Below, in pieces: positions 48,306 to 55,705 of a stretch of DNA of 64,000 nt (position 1 is the first letter of the stretch; each line of letters opens with the position of its first letter). Location: sequence record PQ015378.1. The stretch is one strand, 5' to 3'. The notes beneath the pieces were generated by a model. That model ran no database searches and was not told the origin of the DNA. It saw only the letters and a program-made list of their open reading frames with translations. Both the position numbers and the translations under genes were made by a program.

Positions 48306-49682
48306 ATGAACTTTTCCAAACTCATCGCTTCGCTGGAAGAATCCGACGGCGTAGCACGCGAAGTAGACGTAACCAATGCTGCTGCTTCTGCAACCAAAGA
48401 TCACCCGGAAGCTCCGACTGCCGAAGCTGACTCGAAAGGCGAAGCCGCCACTGCCGCAGACACCGTAACTGCCGGTGACGGCGATGGTGTGACTCCTACC
48501 CTCCAGGACGCCATCGACAAGGGTGTACAGGTCGGTGAAGACGTTACCAAGATGGTAGCTGCCCAAGAAGCTCTTTCGACCCACATCGCAGCCGTAGAAG
48601 CTTTCATCGAACAGAACGTTGCCGTACCTACAGCTCTGGCACTGGCGATCCAAACTTCTCTGAAGCGCCACGACCCGATGTTCTTCAAGAAGACCGTCCC
48701 TGGCCTGGAAGCTTTCGAAGCCCCTACCGGTCGTATGACTGTTTCTCTGGAACTCCTGGACAAGCTGAAAGAAGGCGCCAAGAACGTTGGTGCTGGTATC
48801 ATGGCTGCCCTGAAGAAACTGATCGAAGCCATTCAGATGGCAATGAACAAAATGTTCACTGACTTCGGCGATCTGAAGAAGCGCCTCGAAGCTGCCGAGA
48901 AGAAAATCAAGTCCGGCGAAATCAAATCTGGTGAACCACTCAACTACGGTGGCCTGCGAAGCCTGTCTGCCAACGGTGACATCGTTGGTTCGAGTGCGGA
49001 TTCCGTCAAGCTCCTGACCACCGCCTCCAAGGGCGTGCTGATCGACTGGCCAGAACGTGTTCTGTCCATGGTCAAGCAGATGAGCCAGACTGGTAAAGAG
49101 ATCGATGTGAAGGACACTGCACAACTGGAGCAGTTCTGGAAAGCTTCGGTCAACACCATGGCTACCTCTTTCCAAGGTGTGTTTAACGGCCTGGACGTCG
49201 TCAAAGAAAGCTCCGCTGAGAAGAACGTGGTTGAGACCACTGAACTTCCAGGTGGTCGTAAGATCGTCCTGACTTACAACCTGGAGAAACTGGCCGACGG
49301 TAAAGTCGTAGCACAAAATTTCTCTCAAGGTCTCTCGGTCAAACTGGAACGTGCAGAAGGTGAGAAAGCTTCTGGTGACATCAAAGTCCCATCAAAAGAA
49401 GATGCTCTGTCCGGCATTACTGCCGCCAAAGAACTCCTGGCTATCGGTGACCAACGTCGTGACGTTGCATCCTCGCTCCGTGAGTTCAACTTCGATACGG
49501 TAGCCGGTGGTCATCAACTCGGTGGTCTGTTGCTAAGCTTCGCTATGGCCGCTCTGAACATGAACACTGCATACACCGGTTACATGAACACAACCTGTAA
49601 AGCTCTGGTAGGTTACTACGAGAAGATCGCAGGTACTGACACCAGCAATGGCAGCGGCAAAGAAGTCGCCCTCGTTAAATAA
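48306..49682 (+). CDS. Internal head (inner body) protein paralogue 1 (gp162/163 family)
   Basis: ASLE-rich acidic propeptide; conserved ...SLE...KL...A...I..L...I..A.. junction; strong codon bias. Confidence 0.8.
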   Translation: MNFSKLIASLEESDGVAREVDVTNAAASATKDHPEAPTAEADSKGEAATAADTVTAGDGDGVTPTLQDAIDKGVQVGEDVTKMVAAQEALSTHIAAVEAFIEQNVAVPTALALAIQTSLKRHDPMFFKKTVPGLEAFEAPTGRMTVSLELLDKLKEGAKNVGAGIMAALKKLIEAIQMAMNKMFTDFGDLKKRLEAAEKKIKSGEIKSGEPLNYGGLRSLSANGDIVGSSADSVKLLTTASKGVLIDWPERVLSMVKQMSQTGKEIDVKDTAQLEQFWKASVNTMATSFQGVFNGLDVVKESSAEKNVVETTELPGGRKIVLTYNLEKLADGKVVAQNFSQGLSVKLERAEGEKASGDIKVPSKEDALSGITAAKELLAIGDQRRDVASSLREFNFDTVAGGHQLGGLLLSFAMAALNMNTAYTGYMNTTCKALVGYYEKIAGTDTSNGSGKEVALVK

Positions 49683-49693
49683 GGAGCCGAACA

Positions 49694-51085
49694 ATGGCTA
49701 AGAAATCGCTCTCCAAGATGATCGCAAGCTTGGAAGATCAGGATGGTACTGCTCAGGTAGTAGATGCATCCAACCCATCGGCTGACCTGAAAGACGAAGT
49801 CGAAACTCCGAAGCGAGATGCGGTTCAGTCTGGTGACAACCAACCGACTGATGATCAGGTCCAAGCCGACATGAAAGACTTCACTGCGATGGACAAAGCA
49901 TCCATCGCTCAGGGTGAAGCCCTACACAAGAAGTTCGAACGCCTGGCCGACGCGGAAGCTTCCACCGAAGCCTACGTTGGTATCCTCCGTGGCGCTGTGA
50001 AGAAGCGTCAAGGTATCGACGGCGCCACCGCTGTCGTTATCGCACAAGACCTGAAGTCGCAGTACCCTCAGTTCTTCAAAACCATGACTGCCTCCCTGGA
50101 AGCAATCTCCATGGAAGAAGGCGAAGGGGTTGGTTACAGTTCTTCGAGTAAAGAAGTCGCTCTGACCGAGAACGCGGCCAAAGAAGGCGAAGGCAAACTT
50201 GCCAAGCTGGGTAACGCAGTGAAGGAAGGCTGGAAGAAGTTCATGGCGTGGCTGAAAGAACGCTGGCTGAAACTGAAAGGCTTCTTCGAGAAAGTCTTCG
50301 GTCGTGCCAAGACAGTGAAGGAAGCCAACCAGAAGCTGCTGGCTAATCCGAAACCAGAAGCAGCTGCTGAAGTTGCCAAGATGCTTGGTGCTCCACGCAC
50401 AGGCACTGTCGAGAAGGAACCTGCCAAAGAAGCTCCGGCTGCACAGGTAGATCCGCAAGACCGTGATCGCGTTAGTGCTCCGAACATAGGCGTGCTGTCT
50501 GGCAAAGATCCGATGGACGTGAAGAAGATCAACCTGAAAGTCCTCAAGGACATGAACGACAACTGGATGAAGCCTACCGCTGCTTCCGTTGCCGCAGTGT
50601 TGAAACTCCTGATGGGCGACGAAACCAAGACCATCCAGGCGATCGACATGCAAGCAATTGCACAAGAGATCATCAAGGTCGACTACACCCCTGTTGAAGG
50701 TCTGCTTCCAAGCAACTACGTTCTGGAAGGCACCGACAACAAGTGGGGCTTCAAGATGGTTCAACACGAACAGCCTGAGCAAATCGACTCGGTTGAGTTC
50801 TACGGTCCTGAAGCGGTCAAGCGTCTGCTGGCTACCAACGATGAACTGTTGGACATCGCTCTGGAAATGGGCGAGACCTGGGTGAAGGTTCAACAAGACA
50901 TCGAGAAAATCACCGCTGAGAAAGAGTACCTGATGGATCTCGGTAAGGCTGGTGAGATGAAGAAATGGATGACAGAGTACCTGACCACACTGTCGAACTC
51001 CGATGTTGTTCCTCTGACCAAGCTGATAATCCAGGCATGTACAGCTCGTCTGCTGGCATGTGGTAACATGACCGCCCCAAAGTAA
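49694..51085 (+). CDS. Internal head protein paralogue 2
   Basis: MIASLED N-terminus, ASLEAISME, GWKKFMAWLKE segment; AAGGAG RBS. Confidence 0.8.
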   Translation: MAKKSLSKMIASLEDQDGTAQVVDASNPSADLKDEVETPKRDAVQSGDNQPTDDQVQADMKDFTAMDKASIAQGEALHKKFERLADAEASTEAYVGILRGAVKKRQGIDGATAVVIAQDLKSQYPQFFKTMTASLEAISMEEGEGVGYSSSSKEVALTENAAKEGEGKLAKLGNAVKEGWKKFMAWLKERWLKLKGFFEKVFGRAKTVKEANQKLLANPKPEAAAEVAKMLGAPRTGTVEKEPAKEAPAAQVDPQDRDRVSAPNIGVLSGKDPMDVKKINLKVLKDMNDNWMKPTAASVAAVLKLLMGDETKTIQAIDMQAIAQEIIKVDYTPVEGLLPSNYVLEGTDNKWGFKMVQHEQPEQIDSVEFYGPEAVKRLLATNDELLDIALEMGETWVKVQQDIEKITAEKEYLMDLGKAGEMKKWMTEYLTTLSNSDVVPLTKLIIQACTARLLACGNMTAPK

Positions 51086-51426
51086 CCCCGTCTGTAGAAG
51101 CTTACAGTGAAGGTCCCGACAGCACATTTACGCACATGGGTACCACCTATGGTGTTGACGATTTACTGGTCCTGACTAGAAATACACCGGTTGTAGAACT
51201 CCAACTGTCTCTACTTACGTGGATGATTGACGATGACTACAACCTACTGCGGGCAAAGAACGCAGACACAAGTGTTCCAATCATAGTCACACAGCTTCAG
51301 TCTGGCGAATGGGTTACGCTAGATGGTTACCATCGAGTCATTAAAGCGGCTTGGATGGAAAAGCGTAAAACCATCAAGGCAAAGATTGTCACCCCTCAGA
51401 TGTTGCAACAGCTCAGAACCCTTTAA
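51082..51426 (+). CDS. ParB/Srx-like domain, probably expressed as a -1 frameshift extension of the 49694 gene (or from ATG51136)
   Basis: PII.......W..LDGYHRV..A motif; frame open from 51067; no SD before ATG51136. Confidence 0.65.
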   Translation, partial: VTPSVEAYSEGPDSTFTHMGTTYGVDDLLVLTRNTPVVELQLSLLTWMIDDDYNLLRAKNADTSVPIIVTQLQSGEWVTLDGYHRVIKAAWMEKRKTIKAKIVTPQMLQQLRTL

Positions 51427-51489
51427 GCATTTGGTTGGTACCGGTTGGTACCAACCTTATGTAACTTTAATCCGCGGAGTAACACCAAC

Positions 51490-53268
51490 ATGGCTAAGCC
51501 TGTAACCAAGACTGCTGCTAAGAAGCCAGCCGTCAAGAAACGTTTCAAAGATGCAATGAGCCTCCTGGCTTCCCTCGAATCCGTCGCCGTTGCTGAAGAC
51601 AAGAATGTATCGGTGGACGCACCGATCCAGAAAGACAACAAGGACGACCTGACCGGTACTGTGACCCCACAAGAAGAAGTGAGCGCAGATCCGAAAGCCA
51701 CTCCTACCAAAGAAGTCCCAGCTGCTCTGTCGAATCAAACCGGCGCCGCTCAGACTCAAGACGTAACCAACGTCAAAGCGAACACCACTACCGACCAAGC
51801 CAACGCTGACGAAGTTGACTCGGTCTCGAACAAAACTGCCGACGCTGTCAAAGCCGGTGAGAAAGACCTGACCACTGGTCTGGTATCCACTGAAGACGCA
51901 ATCGAAGCCAACGAAGCTGAACACATCGAACCGAAAGAAGCTGACGATGCTGTGATGAACGTTGAGCAGGCAGTCGAAGACCTGGAAGCTACCGGCATCA
52001 CCGCTGGTTCCGACAACGCTCTGAACAAAGCCGAGCAAGTCGGTAACGACATGGAAAACTTCAACAAAGTGGGCGCTGCCCTGGAAGAATTCCAATCGAT
52101 CCTGCGTGACCATCGCAAGCGCGGTGTGAAGCCTTCGCCTCAACTGGCTCGTGCTATCCAGGTCTGCCTGAAGTCGCACAACCAAACCTACTTCCGTCCG
52201 GTCATCGCATCGCTGGAAGACTTCGCCCGTCCTGACGCCTCTGTTGCTGTTTCGATTTCTCTCGAAGCACAGATCGGTGGCAAGATCAAAGAACTGGCTG
52301 CTGCTGGTAAGAACGCTCTGAAGCGTCTGCTGGAAATGATCATCGATGCCTGGAACCACATGCGTCGTGATACCGTCAAGCTGATCGAAGACCTGGACAA
52401 AACCATCAAGGCTGTCAAAGCCGCTGACCTGGACGCCGGTGCCGACAAGCCTGTCAAAGGTGGTGGTCGTCTGATGATCAACGGTGAGTTCGTTGGTGAC
52501 TCGGTTGAAGTCGTCAAGAACGTCGAAGCTGTTTCCCGTGAACTGCTGGTTGAATGGCCTGCCGCACTGTTGAACCTGCTGGGTACCGTGAAGGAATCCA
52601 AGCAGCAAGTGGTTCCTGAGGGTGGTGCTTCTTCAGCTGGCGATACTTCTGGTGGCAAGATCAAAGAAGCTGCTCAGTCTGCTATCGAAAACACCTTCCA
52701 CAAGTTCACCCAAGTGGACTCCGGTGAAGCTCCAAGCTCGATGTCGAATTTCCCTACCGTTACCCGCTCGCCAGTCCTGCCAGGTAACAAGGCTCTGTTC
52801 ATCGGCATCAAAGACGGTGACGATTCTGCCGAGTACGCTTCCGACAAATCGATGATGAAGTTTGACTTCGCTTCGACCGGTAATGCCGAAGGTGGTGAAG
52901 GTTCGGTGAAGATCCCATCGAAAGAACGCGCTCTGGCTTCCCTGAACGCTGTCAAAGGTATCGTGGCCAACCTCATCGCCAAAGATACTTCGATGAACAC
53001 CCTGAAGCAACTGCGTGCGAAGACTGAGAAGGATTCCTACGCTGCTGACGTCATCCAAGTCTCACTGGTTCAACACCGTCAGTTCATGGGTTACCTGACC
53101 ACCCTGATTAAACACTACATCTCGTTCTACAACGGTGTGGTTGAGAAGGGCGACAAAGGTACCACCGCCGTAGCCGTACGTGAAAACAACAGCATGGGCA
53201 AAACCGACGGTAAGACCACTGACCGTACCAAAGAAGCCGACGACGATTCCGTAGTCTCAACTCAGTAA
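51490..53268 (+). CDS. Internal head protein paralogue 3 with long acidic propeptide
   Basis: GGAG RBS; ASLE, AALE, ASLE and ISLE sites; TATG upstream. Confidence 0.8.
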   Translation: MAKPVTKTAAKKPAVKKRFKDAMSLLASLESVAVAEDKNVSVDAPIQKDNKDDLTGTVTPQEEVSADPKATPTKEVPAALSNQTGAAQTQDVTNVKANTTTDQANADEVDSVSNKTADAVKAGEKDLTTGLVSTEDAIEANEAEHIEPKEADDAVMNVEQAVEDLEATGITAGSDNALNKAEQVGNDMENFNKVGAALEEFQSILRDHRKRGVKPSPQLARAIQVCLKSHNQTYFRPVIASLEDFARPDASVAVSISLEAQIGGKIKELAAAGKNALKRLLEMIIDAWNHMRRDTVKLIEDLDKTIKAVKAADLDAGADKPVKGGGRLMINGEFVGDSVEVVKNVEAVSRELLVEWPAALLNLLGTVKESKQQVVPEGGASSAGDTSGGKIKEAAQSAIENTFHKFTQVDSGEAPSSMSNFPTVTRSPVLPGNKALFIGIKDGDDSAEYASDKSMMKFDFASTGNAEGGEGSVKIPSKERALASLNAVKGIVANLIAKDTSMNTLKQLRAKTEKDSYAADVIQVSLVQHRQFMGYLTTLIKHYISFYNGVVEKGDKGTTAVAVRENNSMGKTDGKTTDRTKEADDDSVVSTQ

Positions 53269-53277
53269 GGTGTCATC

Positions 53278-54426
53278 ATGACCGATATCACATTCAAGCA
53301 AGTGGACCATGACCTGGGTACCCTGCACCAGCAGACCGTGGCTCTGGAAGGTTTCCATCGCTGGGTGGTCGGTCATGGTGCCGTTACCGGTGACGTTGCA
53401 CGGGTCATCCGTGTAGCCCTGGAGGATTCCGATCCGGATGATATCTCCAAGGGCGTCACTGGTAAAGACCTCGTGACTGGCATCAAGAAAGTTTCTGTAA
53501 CCATTCGGAACATTGTTCAATGGCTGCTCCGTCAGATCGGTAAACTGATCGAGAAGATCGGTTTGGGTATCCAGAAGCTGGGTAACCTGGGTCGTGACAA
53601 CGAGAAGAAACTGAAAGCGCTCGGTAATGACCAAGCTGCCAAGTTGGACAGCGGCGACGTAGAAGTAGATCCAGATGCATTCAATCCTGCAATGCTCTGT
53701 ATCACTGGCAAGTTCGTGGGTCATGAGCTGGAACACGCCAAGACCTTCACTACTGTGACTCGTTGGTTCGCCAAAGACTTCATGGATCAGATGAACACTG
53801 TTCTGGATAACCTGGAAGGAGCAATCGCTCAACACCTCCAAGATGAATCTCCCGACGAGTTCATTAAGAAGGCTGCCCAGATCATCTCCAGCACTGTGCA
53901 CCTGCCGAAAGTTCAAATGGGTGGCGCTGCAGGTCCAGCTGAACAAGCCGGTAGTCACACTATCCATACCGTTCCTCTGTTCGGTGACATCGGTATGGTG
54001 ATGTTCGATCCGTCCAAGGCAAGCGAAGGCCTGGCAACTGTGGAATCCGCTCGTGAGTATCTCGTGTTCGACTTCGTTGAATACAACTCCAAGCAGGAAA
54101 CAGAGTTCGAGAAACTTCCAGCACCTAAGTCGGATGTTCTGCTCAAGCTGAACCAAGAGATGCTGGATGCACTGGAGTTCTGGGAATCCAACATCAAGAC
54201 TTCGGCCGCGCGTCTCCGCAAGACACTGGAAGGCGTTGAATCGTCTACCAGCAAGATCGGTACTGGCGACTCCGCCGCAACCGCTCAAGCTACCATGGGT
54301 AACATCATGGCCACCACCATCCAACGTTTGGGTGCTGGTATGGATAGCGGATCGAAATACCTGGCTCGTACGTTCAACCAAGAGTTGCACTACATCAGCA
54401 CCACGATCGCTGCCACATCGAAATGA
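53278..54426 (+). CDS. Internal head protein paralogue 4 (gp163-like)
   Basis: VALE sites; IRNIVQWLLRQI segment; AAGG RBS. Confidence 0.78.
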   Translation: MTDITFKQVDHDLGTLHQQTVALEGFHRWVVGHGAVTGDVARVIRVALEDSDPDDISKGVTGKDLVTGIKKVSVTIRNIVQWLLRQIGKLIEKIGLGIQKLGNLGRDNEKKLKALGNDQAAKLDSGDVEVDPDAFNPAMLCITGKFVGHELEHAKTFTTVTRWFAKDFMDQMNTVLDNLEGAIAQHLQDESPDEFIKKAAQIISSTVHLPKVQMGGAAGPAEQAGSHTIHTVPLFGDIGMVMFDPSKASEGLATVESAREYLVFDFVEYNSKQETEFEKLPAPKSDVLLKLNQEMLDALEFWESNIKTSAARLRKTLEGVESSTSKIGTGDSAATAQATMGNIMATTIQRLGAGMDSGSKYLARTFNQELHYISTTIAATSK

Positions 54427-54431
54427 CATAA

Positions 54432-54451
54432 GGCTTCCCCGAAGGGAAGCC
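54432..54451. terminator. Hairpin between convergent genes, flanked by CATA and TATG
   Basis: GGCTTCCC-CGAA-GGGAAGCC, identical to the stem at 43449. Confidence 0.75.
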
Positions 54452-54460
54452 ATTATGCCG

Positions 54461-54727
54461 TTATGCAAAGCAAGTGTGTTTCGCACTACCCGTAGCTGCG
54501 TGATCACACGAAGCCTTCTTTCCAGCCAATACCACAGGAATACCCATCACTGTTAGGATGCCGCTCCCTTCAACCATCACAGGAGCCGCGTGGGGGCCGT
54601 TACCGTGCGGTTCGACAGCATCTCCCACCAACGACACTGGTGCGCCGTTAATCGTCAGTATAGGGCTTCCTGGGCCCTTTATCTGCCCACCTGCAGAATC
54701 GATCTGTACACAACTAATTCCAGGCAT
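54461..54727 (-). CDS. PAAR-like spike tip protein
   Basis: 88 aa; GD...PHG..PHAA....GS...V.G.PV...G...SC.H motif. Confidence 0.85.
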   Translation of the reverse strand: MPGISCVQIDSAGGQIKGPGSPILTINGAPVSLVGDAVEPHGNGPHAAPVMVEGSGILTVMGIPVVLAGKKASCDHAATGSAKHTCFA

Positions 54728-54729
54728 GA

Positions 54730-55623
54730 TTACCCCACAATAGCAAAGCCACCCGGAGCACGCGCAGTGATACGTCCGCCACCAATGGTGAGCTTCGGAG
54801 AACTGATCGTGTAGTCGGGGGAAGTTTCGGTTGCTTTAGAAGAAGCAGTCAACGAGAAGGTAGAAGTCTTCTCTTCGATAGAGTCTGGAGTCATCGTGTA
54901 AGTCGTGCCACCACAGATCAATGTGATCTTGGCATTGGCAGACATGGTGATCTCTTGACCCTCGATTTTGATGAACGTCCCATCTGCGTTCTTCAGCTGT
55001 AATAGCTTCTGGGCAGAGATGATCTCGAACTCTTGGTTGTTCTGGTCAGTCAGAGTGAACTCAGAACGTTCAGTGTTGAACTGCATGCGCCAGGCGTTAG
55101 GCTCACCGTTGGCTTTGGAAGTACCAATGGTGAAGTTCTTGTCATGTGCAGACACCGCCATGAAATAGCAGGTATTGAAGTCAATACCGCCACCACCTGG
55201 ATTAGGGGAAGCGTTCCAGGTATAGACCACAGACTCTAGTGCCCTGAGACCGTTTTTGAGAGCCATAGAGCGCCAGTAGTACTGATCGGTGTCGCCCAGG
55301 CGCCAGACCTCAATAAGCTCGTTACGCATCACGTCAGGAGGCGTAGCGCGGTTGTCTTCGCCCGGTAACCATTCACATGGCATCGAGCGTTCTTGTGTGG
55401 TCTTTACTTGGTGGGTTTGACCAGCTTGGTCTTGCCATTCGCGGACTACTTCTTTCGGATCGAACTTGATCTCCCCGTTAGTAGCCATTGCCTTCTCGTT
55501 CATAAGAACGTTAAGGGTAAAAGAGTTCCGTGGTTTGTTTTCTTTTGCTGTGCCGATTGAGACCAATCTGAATATCGATGCGGCTTGGCCGCTCATTGGT
55601 TTATCAGAAGCTTGTTGTTCCAT
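54730..55623 (-). CDS. Baseplate central spike protein (gp164-like)
   Basis: OB-fold-like N-terminus (W.P....R..PPDV...E.V) and beta-helix-like C-terminus; directly upstream of the PAAR gene; AAGG RBS. Confidence 0.72.
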   Translation of the reverse strand: MEQQASDKPMSGQAASIFRLVSIGTAKENKPRNSFTLNVLMNEKAMATNGEIKFDPKEVVREWQDQAGQTHQVKTTQERSMPCEWLPGEDNRATPPDVMRNELIEVWRLGDTDQYYWRSMALKNGLRALESVVYTWNASPNPGGGGIDFNTCYFMAVSAHDKNFTIGTSKANGEPNAWRMQFNTERSEFTLTDQNNQEFEIISAQKLLQLKNADGTFIKIEGQEITMSANAKITLICGGTTYTMTPDSIEEKTSTFSLTASSKATETSPDYTISSPKLTIGGGRITARAPGGFAIVG

Positions 55624-55705
55624 TTTGGTTACCTTGAAGAAATACTTGAGAGCCAGATCTAATGTAGACACTGACGCTAAAGAATAAGGATGGGGGCTTT
55701 TTACT

